From: Gemmatimonadales bacterium
Lineage (GTDB): Bacteria > Gemmatimonadota > Gemmatimonadetes > Gemmatimonadales > GWC2-71-9
DNA length: 47,579 nt
NCBI GenBank assembly: GCA_038321865.1
Contig: JBBQFH010000028.1
Location: 1-47,579 of the forward strand
Direction of reading: 5' to 3'
Shown: piece by piece, positions 18,694-27,725 of the stretch
How the letters are laid out: every line of letters starts with the position of its first letter
Numbering within the stretch: the stretch's first letter is position 1
Notes under the pieces: model-generated
What the model was told of the DNA's origin: nothing
Seen by the model: the letters and a program-made list of their open reading frames with translations, nothing else
Database searches by the model: none
Translations under genes and position numbers: made by a program

Positions 18694-18781
18694 CGGGACG
18701 GGAAATTAGCCGTGTTCGATCGGAATCGACACGTACCGGGCCATTTTGGCGATCGTGTCCACGACTCTATGGTCCGACACG

Positions 18782-18816
18782 CAACACCTCCCCGCGCGCA
18801 CGCCGGGGAGGTGTTG
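18782..18816 (-). terminator. Hairpin downstream of tRNA-Val (probable terminator or processing stem)
   Basis: Perfect 13-bp inverted repeat CAACACCTCCCCG / CGGGGAGGTGTTG with a 9-nt loop, 12 nt past the tRNA 3' end. No U-tract. Confidence 0.6.
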
Positions 18817-18828
18817 ACATGTGCCGTA

Positions 18829-18902
18829 TGGGCGATGAGGGGATCGAACCCCCGACCTCGCGCATGTGAGGCGCGCGCTCTAACCAGCTGAGCTAATCGC
18901 CC
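18829..18902 (-). tRNA. tRNA-Val (anticodon CAC); 3' CCA not encoded
   Basis: Reverse complement begins GGGCGATTAGCTCAGCTGGTTAGAGC, has anticodon arm CGCGC-CTCACAT-GCGCG and T loop GGTTCGATCC, and ends ATCGCCCA. TAGAAT -10-like hexamer upstream. Confidence 0.95.
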
Positions 18903-18969
18903 GGATTCCGGGAGCGGGATTCTAAGCAATGGCGGCGGGCCGGACAAGGTGCGGCCGTGGCGCCCGGCG

Positions 18970-20493
18970 TCAGTCGCCCCCGCCCAGCGTGCCCCGGTGC
19001 GAGACGCCAACCGTCAGCTGGATCCTCCCCTCGAAGCGGTTGACCGACACGCCCGTCTGATGCCCCGAGTTGACGACGTGGTGAAACCCGGCATTGGCGC
19101 TAAGGTCGACCGGCCCCTGTCGGCCGCTGATGCCCAGAGCGGCGCGATACGTCCGCTCGACGGTGCCGATGAACAGGGTCGGCGTCGCCTGGAGCTGCGC
19201 GGATCCGAACGGGGGATAGGGATCGGTGATCGCACCCTCGCCCTGGCGCAACACCGTGAGCTCTGGCGTGAGCAGCCAGCGATCGAACACGGGAAGGGTT
19301 ACGGTGAGCGTCAGCTGGTCGTTGTCGCTGTAGTTCCTTCCCAGGCCGACGCCGGCGTCGGTAAAGCTCTCCGATGGGTCGAAGGTCCGGAGTGCGAGGC
19401 TCGATACCTGGGTGTAGAACCCACGCCACCCCGCGGTGGACCCCAGCGGTCCGGTGGCGGCCAGGGTGAGCGCGTACCGGTCGCGGTTCTCGTAGCGGCG
19501 CTGGTAGTAGAAGTCGTCGAGTGCCAGCTGGGCCTCGAGGCTGGTGCGGCCGAAGGGCCGCCAGTGAGCGTCCAGCCCCAGCATCTCGTTGTTGCCTTCG
19601 GCCCCGAGTCCGATCGTGTTGGCGAGGTAGCCGATCGAGACCGGGTTGCTGTAGCGGCTCTCGAAGTTTCTCCCGGCGCCCGCCACGACGATGCTTTCCC
19701 AGAGCCCGAGGTTGAACCGGTGGGAGAGGCGCGCATCGAGGCGGTGCACGAAGTAGTACCGGTGCACCGTCTGGCCGGTGCTGTCGACCCCGTCATGAAG
19801 CTGCGTCGCCAGCGCGCTCAGCCGCAGCGCGCGGTTGCCGACCTGGATGCCGAGCCCCTGGCGCTCATAGCCGATGTTGCTGAGGGGGATGCCGGGCACG
19901 CCGACCGGTCCCCAGTTCTGGTCCAGCTGCCCATACATGATCCGGGCGAACTTGAACTGCGCGCTCAGGTACGCATCGACCAGCCGCGCCGTGACTTTGA
20001 GTCCCTTGCGGCCGGTCCAGTCGGGATCGTCCGCAAGCCGCGGCTCGATGGCGGGACGGGTGACCAGGATGACGTTGGCGTATGCGGCTTCGAGCGTGGC
20101 CTCGGCGTAGGCATCCGCCCCCCGCGGACCGGCGATGTGCAGCGGGTCGCGCCGCGCGTGGCTGTAACCCTGGAGACCGCCGCGGGCGCCGGCCGAGTAC
20201 CAGGTCTCGCTCGAAGGGACGGCCCAGTCCTCGATCAGGGAGTGCACCAGCCGTCCGCCCGGCGACGCCGGGGCGGTATCGGCCGCCGCGAGAACCCGGA
20301 GCGCATCCGAACGAAGCACCGGCCGTACGAACGGAGACGGGTCCGCGACGTCGCCGCGCGCGACGAGATGCTCGAACAGCGGCAGCCGCGGGTCGTCCAG
20401 CGGTATGTATGGGGTCGCCTGCGCCATTGCCATAGGGGCGATGGCGACGAACAGTACGGCCGCGGCGGTGGCCATGCGAAGGAGGGCGGGCAT
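18970..20493 (-). CDS. Exported outer-membrane protein, capsule assembly Wzi-like
   Basis: Signal peptide MPALLRMATAAAVLFVAIAPMAMA|Q. 'GQLDQNWGP', 'HRLDARLSHRFNLGLWES' and 'NEMLGLDAHWRP' resemble Wzi-family segments, with beta-strand-like patterning. The ORF-track extension to 21357 overlaps the asparaginase and is not real. Confidence 0.6.
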   Translation of the reverse strand: MPALLRMATAAAVLFVAIAPMAMAQATPYIPLDDPRLPLFEHLVARGDVADPSPFVRPVLRSDALRVLAAADTAPASPGGRLVHSLIEDWAVPSSETWYSAGARGGLQGYSHARRDPLHIAGPRGADAYAEATLEAAYANVILVTRPAIEPRLADDPDWTGRKGLKVTARLVDAYLSAQFKFARIMYGQLDQNWGPVGVPGIPLSNIGYERQGLGIQVGNRALRLSALATQLHDGVDSTGQTVHRYYFVHRLDARLSHRFNLGLWESIVVAGAGRNFESRYSNPVSIGYLANTIGLGAEGNNEMLGLDAHWRPFGRTSLEAQLALDDFYYQRRYENRDRYALTLAATGPLGSTAGWRGFYTQVSSLALRTFDPSESFTDAGVGLGRNYSDNDQLTLTVTLPVFDRWLLTPELTVLRQGEGAITDPYPPFGSAQLQATPTLFIGTVERTYRAALGISGRQGPVDLSANAGFHHVVNSGHQTGVSVNRFEGRIQLTVGVSHRGTLGGGD

Positions 20494-20573
20494 GGGGCGG
20501 AAAGGTAACGGCGGGCTGGACAGGGAGAAGCCGCACGTGAGAACTGCCCCGGGCGGGCTTATCTTGCGGGTCG

Positions 20574-21572
20574 ATGAGCGACTTCCGGATCGAGTCCACG
20601 CGGGGCGCCCTGGTCGAGTCGGTCCATCGGGTCGCGGTGGCGGTGGTGGATGCGGCTGGGAGGCTCGTCGCCGAAGCGGGCGATCCCGGGCTCGTGACCT
20701 ACTGGCGGTCGGCGGCGAAGCCCTTCCAGGCACTGCCGCTGCTGGCCGACGGCGCCGCCGAGCATTTCGGCCTCGGCCGGGAAGAGTTGGCGCTCGCCTG
20801 CGCCTCGCACTCGAGCGAGCCCCGGCATCTCGCGGTCGCCCGCCGACTGCTGCAGCTGGCCGGCAACCGTGAGGACGACCTCGCCTGCGGGGCGCATCCA
20901 CCGCTCGGCGCCGCCGTAGCGGCGCTGGTGGCCCGGGAGGGGATCCCGCTGACGCCGGTTTGGAGCAACTGTTCCGGCAAGCATGCGGGAATGCTGGCGC
21001 TGGCGCGGCACCACGGATGGCCCACGGCGGGCTATGAGCGCGCCGGGCATCCGGTGCAGGAGCGGATCGCGAACGAGGTGGCCAGCTGGACTGGCGTCCA
21101 GCGGGACCGGATCGGGTACGCGGTCGATGGATGTACCACGGTGTGCTTCGCGCTGCCGCTCGCAGCCATGGCGGCGGCCTACGCCCGTTTCGGGGTGGCC
21201 GACGGCCCGGCCGCGACGCTCCGCGACGCCATGACGCTCGAGCCGTTTCTCGTCGCGGGCACCGCGCGCCTCTGCACCGACCTGATGTCGGCGTGGCCGG
21301 GCGGCGTGGTGGCCAAGATCGGTGCGGAAGGGGTGTACAGTGCGGCGATTCCGTCACTCGGTCTGGGCGTGACGCTCAAGGTCGAGGATGGCGAGATGCG
21401 CTCGGCATCTGTCGCTCTGCTCGGGGTGCTCCGGTCCGTACTCGGCCGGATGGCAGCCGGAGACCTGGAAAGGCTGGCCGGTCTCGGCCGGTTCGCGGAG
21501 CCGCGAATCCATAACACCCGCGGGGAGGTGACCGGTACGACCCGGTCGGCCGGTGTCCTGCAATTCCGATAG
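20574..21572 (+). CDS. L-asparaginase II (class 3, Rhizobium etli AnsA type)
   Basis: Motifs ESVH, RSAAKPFQ, CASHS, NCSGKHAGML, DGC, KIGAEGV and KVEDG. Confidence 0.92.
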   Translation: MSDFRIESTRGALVESVHRVAVAVVDAAGRLVAEAGDPGLVTYWRSAAKPFQALPLLADGAAEHFGLGREELALACASHSSEPRHLAVARRLLQLAGNREDDLACGAHPPLGAAVAALVAREGIPLTPVWSNCSGKHAGMLALARHHGWPTAGYERAGHPVQERIANEVASWTGVQRDRIGYAVDGCTTVCFALPLAAMAAAYARFGVADGPAATLRDAMTLEPFLVAGTARLCTDLMSAWPGGVVAKIGAEGVYSAAIPSLGLGVTLKVEDGEMRSASVALLGVLRSVLGRMAAGDLERLAGLGRFAEPRIHNTRGEVTGTTRSAGVLQFR

Positions 21573-21617
21573 ACCGCGCGGCGAAACGATGCCGCCGCTG
21601 GCATTCAACGAGGTAGC

Positions 21618-22262
21618 GTGATGGCCAAACAGGACAATCTCGATCCCCAGACGCGCGACCTGGTCCGCTTCGCCGCGGCGATCGCGCAGGGATACGAGCC
21701 CGAGCTCCGCGAGCGGGTTACCCCGCTCCGGAGCTCGCAGGTGCCGGCGGAATGGGTCGAGGAACTCCTGCTTCAATCGGTGCTCATGGTCGGCTACCCG
21801 CGCGCGCTCATTGCGTTCGGCGTGTGGCGGAAATTCTCCGGGCTGCCGGCCCCGCGCGACGACCAGGACACGAATTACGAGCGCTGGCCCGAATGGTCGC
21901 GGCTCGGCGAGGAAACCTGCCGGATGGTCTATGGCGACAACTACCGGAAGCTCCGCGACAATACCCGCGAGCTGCATCCGGCCATCGACGCCTGGATGAT
22001 CACTGAAGGCTATGGCCGCACCTTGTCCCGCCCGGGGCTCGACCTCATGCGCCGGGAGCTGTGCACTGTTGCGCAGACCGCCGTCCTCGAGGCGCCGCGC
22101 CAGCTGCATTCGCACCTGCGCGGCTCCCTCAACGCGGGGGCGAGTTTCGGCCAGATCGAGGGAGTGCTGTCGGTGGTGAACCCGCTGCTCTCCTTCGATC
22201 AGTGGAAGAAGATCAAGGAACTCTGGCGCACCGTGCGCGAAGGATGGGGACCGGGCAACTGA
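21618..22262 (+). CDS. Carboxymuconolactone decarboxylase / AhpD-like family protein
   Basis: 'YGRTLSRPGLDLMRRELCTVA...QLHSHLRGSLNAGA' CMD domain; N-terminal 'GYPRAL' half-domain. SD GAGGT upstream; start is GTG 21618 or ATG 21621. Confidence 0.8.
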   Translation: MMAKQDNLDPQTRDLVRFAAAIAQGYEPELRERVTPLRSSQVPAEWVEELLLQSVLMVGYPRALIAFGVWRKFSGLPAPRDDQDTNYERWPEWSRLGEETCRMVYGDNYRKLRDNTRELHPAIDAWMITEGYGRTLSRPGLDLMRRELCTVAQTAVLEAPRQLHSHLRGSLNAGASFGQIEGVLSVVNPLLSFDQWKKIKELWRTVREGWGPGN

Positions 22263-23314
22263 TGTTCATCGATCGCGCGGTCGTACGGGTGGTCGGAGGC
22301 ACCGGCGGTTCGGGCGCGTGCTCGTTCGCACGCTTCAAGTTCAAGCCGAAAGCCGGCCCGGACGGTGGCGACGGCGGCCATGGCGGCAGCGTCTTCGTCC
22401 GCGGTGACGACAACCTCACGACGCTGCTCGACTACCGCTACCGCAACGTGTGGAAGGCCGATCGGGCCGAGCATGGCAAGGGCAAGACGATGACTGGCCG
22501 ATCCACCGATGACGTGTACCTGCCGGTGCCGCCCGGCACGCTCATTCGCGACCTCGCGACCAGCGCACTGCTGGGCGAAGTGCTCCACGCCGGCGATACC
22601 GTGCGCGTCGCCCGCGGCGGCCGGGGCGGCCGGGGCAACGCCCGCTTCGCCACCGCCACGCACCAGGCGCCGCGCGAGTGGGAGCCGGGCGAGGAGGGCG
22701 AGGACCGGCAGATCGAGCTGGTGCTGAAGCTGATCGCCGACGTCGGGCTGGTCGGAGAGCCCAACGCCGGCAAGAGCACGCTGCTCTCGGTCGTGTCCGC
22801 CGCGCGGCCGAAGATCGCGGACTATCCGTTCACCACGCTGGAGCCCAACCTCGGCGTGGTCGGCCTCAGTGGGCATCGTTCCTACGTCGTCGCCGACATT
22901 CCGGGCATCATCGAGGGAGCGCACGAGGGCAAGGGGCTCGGTCTCAAGTTCCTGCAGCACGTCGAGCGGACCCGGGTCCTGGCCTTCCTCGTCCCGCTCG
23001 ACTCGCCCGATCTGCAGGCCACCTACGACGGGCTCCGCCGCGAAGTGCGGTCCTACAGCGAGGCGCTCTACGAGAAGGCCCACGTGGTGCTGCTCAGCAA
23101 GCGCGACATGATTCCGGCAGCTGACCCCCTTCCGGACCTGCACGCGCCCGAGGCTCGCGGCATCATGGCCGTTTCCAGCCTGGGCGAGCGCGGCCTCGGC
23201 GAGCTGAAGGAATACCTTTGGCAATTCATCGAGTCGGCACGCGGCCCGGCCGAAGCTGCGCCGGTGGCGGCGGAGCTGCCGGACAGCGACTGGCATGACG
23301 AGCCGGATGACTGA
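22262..23314 (+). CDS. obgE: GTPase Obg
   Basis: MFIDRA start overlapping the upstream TGA, glycine-rich Obg fold (GPDGGDGG.GG), GEPNAGKS, YPFTT and DIPGIIEGA. Confidence 0.97.
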   Translation: MFIDRAVVRVVGGTGGSGACSFARFKFKPKAGPDGGDGGHGGSVFVRGDDNLTTLLDYRYRNVWKADRAEHGKGKTMTGRSTDDVYLPVPPGTLIRDLATSALLGEVLHAGDTVRVARGGRGGRGNARFATATHQAPREWEPGEEGEDRQIELVLKLIADVGLVGEPNAGKSTLLSVVSAARPKIADYPFTTLEPNLGVVGLSGHRSYVVADIPGIIEGAHEGKGLGLKFLQHVERTRVLAFLVPLDSPDLQATYDGLRREVRSYSEALYEKAHVVLLSKRDMIPAADPLPDLHAPEARGIMAVSSLGERGLGELKEYLWQFIESARGPAEAAPVAAELPDSDWHDEPDD

Positions 23315-24413
23315 TCGCGCCGGGTACGTGGCGCTGGCGCTGGCGGCCAACATCGGCCCGGCCCGGCTCCGAACTCTGCTCGATGCCTGCTCCACCCCTG
23401 ACGGCGCCTTCTCGGCGCCGTTTGCGCTTTTATGCAGCCTGCCGGGGTTTTCCCGGTCCGCCGCCACCAGCGTCCGCAAGGCATCCCGCGCCGACGGCGA
23501 ACGCGCGCTCGCCAGCGCCCGCGATGCGGGTGCCGAGATCCTGATCCCGTCTGATGAGCATTTCCCGGGAAACCTTCGGCAGATTCCCGACCCGCCATCG
23601 ATCCTGTTCACCAGCGGCGACCTCGGCCTCCTCGCACGCCCCGCGGCCGCGATCGTCGGCAGCCGCGACCACACGGCGTACGGATCCGCCGTCTGCGCCA
23701 CCGTCTCGGCCCGCGCCTCGGCGGTCGGGATCGTGGTGGTGAGCGGCATGGCGCGGGGCCTGGACGCGTGGGCGCACACCGCCGCGCTCGATGCCGGAGG
23801 TGGCTCGATCGGGGTGCTTGGCAACGGACTCGGCGTCGTCTACCCGGCAGCCAATCGCGCGCTTTACGACCGGATGCGCCGCGAGGGCCTGCTGCTCACC
23901 GAATTTCCGCCGGGAGAGCGCCCGCACGCGGGAAGCTTTCCACGGCGCAACCGGCTGATCAGCGGGCTCGCGCGCGTCACCGTCGTCGTCGAGGCCGCTG
24001 CAGGCTCCGGCACGCTCATCACCGTCGAGGCGGCACTGGAGCAGGGGAAGGACGTGATGGCGGTTCCGGGTGCTATCACCAGCCCGATGTCGGTCGGCAC
24101 CAACCGGCTGATCCGCGATGGCGCGGCCCCGCTGCTCGAACCGGACGACCTGCTGTCGTATTATCCCGAGCTCGGCGTCCCCGCCCGGAACAGGGCCATC
24201 GCACCATTGGCCGAGCCGCTGGTGCCGGCGCTGCCGGAAGGGCTCACCGCCGATGAGCGCACGGTGGCCGTGCTGCTCGATCGGACCCCGCTCCACGTCG
24301 ACACAGTCGCTGCCCGCGGTGGCCGGCCGGTCGCGGAGGTGCTCGCCCTTCTGTGCACGCTGGAAATCCGCGGCATCGTCCACCAGGATCCGGGGCAGAT
24401 GTTTCGCCGCTGA
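23295..24413 (+). CDS. dprA: DNA-processing protein DprA
   Basis: Motifs AIVGSR, VSGMARGLD, FPRRNRLISGL, VVVEAA..SGTLIT and GTNRLIRDGA; C-terminal winged helix. Start is 23295 or 23307. Confidence 0.95.
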   Translation: MTSRMTDRAGYVALALAANIGPARLRTLLDACSTPDGAFSAPFALLCSLPGFSRSAATSVRKASRADGERALASARDAGAEILIPSDEHFPGNLRQIPDPPSILFTSGDLGLLARPAAAIVGSRDHTAYGSAVCATVSARASAVGIVVVSGMARGLDAWAHTAALDAGGGSIGVLGNGLGVVYPAANRALYDRMRREGLLLTEFPPGERPHAGSFPRRNRLISGLARVTVVVEAAAGSGTLITVEAALEQGKDVMAVPGAITSPMSVGTNRLIRDGAAPLLEPDDLLSYYPELGVPARNRAIAPLAEPLVPALPEGLTADERTVAVLLDRTPLHVDTVAARGGRPVAEVLALLCTLEIRGIVHQDPGQMFRR

Positions 24414-24427
24414 GGCATATTGTCCCG

Positions 24428-25525
24428 GTGCACCTCTACATCCACGTCCCCTTCTGCGCCCGCCGCTGCAGCTATTGCGACTTCGCCATCGCGGTCCGGC
24501 GCGAGGTGCCGTCGTCGGCCTACGCCGACGCGGTGCTGCGGGAATGGCGGGGGTGGCAGACCCACCTGGCGTGGAACGCATCGCCGGTGGTGGATACGAT
24601 CTACTTCGGCGGCGGCACCCCGTCGCGAATTGCGCCCGCGGCGATCGCCCGCCTGGTCCACGCCATCCGAGCCGAACGAACGGTCGCGGCAAACGCGGAG
24701 ATCACGCTGGAGGCAAACCCGGACGACGTGAGCGCCGCCGCGGCGGCCGAGTGGCGCGCCGCCGGCATCAACCGCATCTCGCTCGGTGCGCAGTCGTTCG
24801 ATCCGCGGGTGCTCGCCTGGATGCATCGAACTCACACGGCGGAGCAGATCCCCAGCGCGGTGCGAATCCTCCGGTCCGCCGGCTTCGAGGAATTGTCGCT
24901 CGACCTGATCTTCGCATTGCCGGCCGCGCTGGAGCGGGACTGGGACGCCGATCTCGGTCAGGCGCTGGCGCTGGCACCGGAACACCTGTCGCTGTACGGG
25001 CTGACCGTCGAGCCGCATACCCTGCTGGGCCGCTGGACGGCGCGGGCCGAGGTGGTCCCGCTGGACGACGAGGCCTACGCGCGCGACTTTCTGGGCGCCG
25101 ATCGGCGACTGCGGGATGCCGGCTTCGAGCATTACGAGGTCTCCAATGCGTCGCTGCCGGGGCGCCGGGCACGGCACAACAGTGCCTACTGGAGGCGGGC
25201 ACCGTTCATCGGGCTCGGTCCCTCCGCCCACAGCGCGTTCGGGGACCAGCGTCAGTGGAACGTCCGGGACTGGGCGGCCTACGAGCGCGCCGTCGCGGCC
25301 GGCTCCTCCACGGTCGCGGGACGCGAACAGCTCGGCAGCGATGCACGCCGGCTCGAAACGCTCTATCTCGGGCTCCGCACCATCGATGGGGTGCCGCTGA
25401 ATCTGCTGCGTCCGGAATCCGTCGCGCGCTGGTGCGCCGAGGATTGGGCGCGAGTGGCAGGTGATCGCGTCAGTCTGACGCCGGAAGGCTGGCTGCGCCT
25501 GGATGCGCTCGCCGCGTCCGCGTAA
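24428..25525 (+). CDS. hemW: Radical SAM heme chaperone HemW
   Basis: Motifs HLYIHVPFCARRCSYCDF, YFGGGTPS, YEVSN and HNSAYW. Located upstream of hrcA. Confidence 0.93.
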   Translation: MHLYIHVPFCARRCSYCDFAIAVRREVPSSAYADAVLREWRGWQTHLAWNASPVVDTIYFGGGTPSRIAPAAIARLVHAIRAERTVAANAEITLEANPDDVSAAAAAEWRAAGINRISLGAQSFDPRVLAWMHRTHTAEQIPSAVRILRSAGFEELSLDLIFALPAALERDWDADLGQALALAPEHLSLYGLTVEPHTLLGRWTARAEVVPLDDEAYARDFLGADRRLRDAGFEHYEVSNASLPGRRARHNSAYWRRAPFIGLGPSAHSAFGDQRQWNVRDWAAYERAVAAGSSTVAGREQLGSDARRLETLYLGLRTIDGVPLNLLRPESVARWCAEDWARVAGDRVSLTPEGWLRLDALAASA

Positions 25526-25572
25526 GCCAGCGCCTTTACGCTAAGCCCTTGTCCGTTCTATATTTCCATCAA

Positions 25573-26610
25573 ATGCCAGACGCGGAACATCTCAGCGATC
25601 GCCAGCTTCGAGTCCTCGAGGCGGTGGTACAGACGTACGTCGAGACTGCCGAGCCGGCGGGGAGTCAGACCATCGCTCGCCGGTTCGGCCTCGGCGTGTC
25701 GCCGGCGACCATCCGCAACATCATGAGTGAGCTGGAGGAGAAGGGTTATCTCTTCCACCCGCACACGTCGGCCGGCCGCGTGCCGACCGATCGCGCGTAT
25801 CGTGCGTACGTGGATCGCGTCATGCGCCGGGCGCCGCCCAGCGACCACGAACAAATCGCGTTGAAGGCCGAGCTGCAGATACCGCGAAGCGCCGTGGACG
25901 ACGTCCTGCTCCGGGCGGCTCAGGTGCTCGGGGTGCTGACCCAGGAGCTCGGCGTTGCCGTCGCGCCCGCGCTGGAGAATGTGGTGCTGGAGCGGCTCGA
26001 GCTGGTTCGGGTCACCGCCGACCGCCTGCTGCTGGTGTTCAACCTGCGGAGCGGCGTCGTGCGGACGATCTTCGTGCAGGTCCCCGGCTCGGTCGCCGTC
26101 GATGCGGTGCAGCGGGTTGCGCAGCTGCTGAACGAGCGCCTCGCCGGGCATACGCTGCGGGACATTCGGGCGACGCTGGCCGACCGGCTGCGCGATGCGC
26201 ACGGCACTCCGGAAGGCCAGGAGCTGCTCAACATCTTCATCGCCGAAGGCGATGGGATCTTCGACTTGTCGGGCGAGGCGAGTGCCGTCGTGCTCGGGAG
26301 CGCCCAGATGCTGGCGGAGCAGCCTGAATTCGCCTCGAACACGCGCATGCGGGAGCTTCTGCACCTGACCGAGCGTCGCGACGTATTGCGACAGGCGCTC
26401 GAGTCGCGCCGCCGGTCGGGGCTTTCGATCACGATCGGCGGCGAAAACGCCGACCCCCGGCTCACCGACCTTACCCTGGTGACTTCGTCGTACCGCGTCG
26501 GTGACCTGACCGGCGTGATCGGAGTCATCGGGCCGACCCGAATGGCCTACGACAAGATCATCGGACTGGTGGAACACACGAGCGCACTGGTGGAGGGACT
26601 GCTGGAGTGA
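25573..26610 (+). CDS. hrcA: Heat-inducible transcription repressor HrcA
   Basis: Motifs SPATIRN.M..LE..GYL..PHTSAGRVPT and GVIGPTRM.Y. Confidence 0.96.
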   Translation: MPDAEHLSDRQLRVLEAVVQTYVETAEPAGSQTIARRFGLGVSPATIRNIMSELEEKGYLFHPHTSAGRVPTDRAYRAYVDRVMRRAPPSDHEQIALKAELQIPRSAVDDVLLRAAQVLGVLTQELGVAVAPALENVVLERLELVRVTADRLLLVFNLRSGVVRTIFVQVPGSVAVDAVQRVAQLLNERLAGHTLRDIRATLADRLRDAHGTPEGQELLNIFIAEGDGIFDLSGEASAVVLGSAQMLAEQPEFASNTRMRELLHLTERRDVLRQALESRRRSGLSITIGGENADPRLTDLTLVTSSYRVGDLTGVIGVIGPTRMAYDKIIGLVEHTSALVEGLLE

Positions 26611-27725
26611 GTGACTATTACGCACTGCTGGGCGTAGCCCGCGATGCCTCCGACGGAGACATCAAGAAGTCATATCGCAGGCTCGCCATGCAGTATCACC
26701 CGGACCGGAATCCCGAGCCGGACGCCGAGGCGAAGTTCAAGGAGATCACCGAAGCATACGAGGTGCTCTGCCACGCCGAGAAGCGGGCGGCGTACGACCG
26801 CTACGGCAAGGCCGGACTCGGCGGCGCCGGCAGCGGCGGGTTCCACCATGTGGACCTGAGTGAAGCGCTCAACATCTTCATGCGTGACTTCGGCGGCTTC
26901 GAGTCCATCTTCGGAGCCCAGCGGTCGCAGCAGGACGCCCGGCGCGGGCAGGATATCCGGGTCACCGTCAAGCTGACGCTCAACGACGTCGCGACCGGCG
27001 TCAAGAAGAGCGTCAAGCTGAAGACGCTCGAGCACTGCGACACCTGTGACGGCAGCGGCGCGAAGCCGGGCACCCGGGCGTCCACCTGCTCGACCTGCGG
27101 CGGGAGCGGCGAGGTGCGGCGAGCCGCACGGAGCGTGTTCGGCCAGTTCGTCTCGGTGTCGCCGTGCCCCGCGTGTGCCGGCGAGGGGACCGTCGTGCTC
27201 GAGAGCTGCGAGGTGTGCCGCGGCGAGGGCAGGGTGCGAGCGGACCGTACCGCGGTCGTGGATATCCCGGCCGGCGTGTCGGGGAACAACTACCTGACGC
27301 TTCGCGGCCAGGGAGCGGCCGGTCCGAGGAACGGGCCGAATGGCGACCTGATCGTGATGCTCGAGGTAAAGGATGACGAGCGCTTCGAGCGCCAGGGTGA
27401 CGATCTGGTATACGACATGGCCCTCTCGTTTTCGCAGGCCGCGCTGGGCGGCCAGTTCATCGTCCCGAGCCCGTACGGCGAGGAGACCGTGGATGTGCCG
27501 GGCGGGACGCAGAACGGCAGCGTCTTCAAGATCCGCGGCAAGGGGTTGCGCCGGCTCGGGCAGTCCAGCACCGGCGACCTGCACGTGCGGGTGCACATCT
27601 GGACGCCGGACCGGCTGTCGGCCGAGCAGGAAGCGCTGTTTCGCGAGCTCGCCAAGGTCGAGGGCGAGCCGCCCAAGCGCGGCTCCGGCTTCTGGTCGCG
27701 GCTCAAGGAAGCGCTGGGCGCGTGA
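26607..27725 (+). CDS. dnaJ: Molecular chaperone DnaJ
   Basis: J domain with HPD, G/F region, and four CxxCxGxG repeats. Confidence 0.97.
   Translation: MSDYYALLGVARDASDGDIKKSYRRLAMQYHPDRNPEPDAEAKFKEITEAYEVLCHAEKRAAYDRYGKAGLGGAGSGGFHHVDLSEALNIFMRDFGGFESIFGAQRSQQDARRGQDIRVTVKLTLNDVATGVKKSVKLKTLEHCDTCDGSGAKPGTRASTCSTCGGSGEVRRAARSVFGQFVSVSPCPACAGEGTVVLESCEVCRGEGRVRADRTAVVDIPAGVSGNNYLTLRGQGAAGPRNGPNGDLIVMLEVKDDERFERQGDDLVYDMALSFSQAALGGQFIVPSPYGEETVDVPGGTQNGSVFKIRGKGLRRLGQSSTGDLHVRVHIWTPDRLSAEQEALFRELAKVEGEPPKRGSGFWSRLKEALGA

Noticed and set aside
20494..21357. N-terminal extension of the 795-aa minus-strand ORF
   Set aside because: It is antisense to the asparaginase; the signal peptide and -10 element place the start at 20493.
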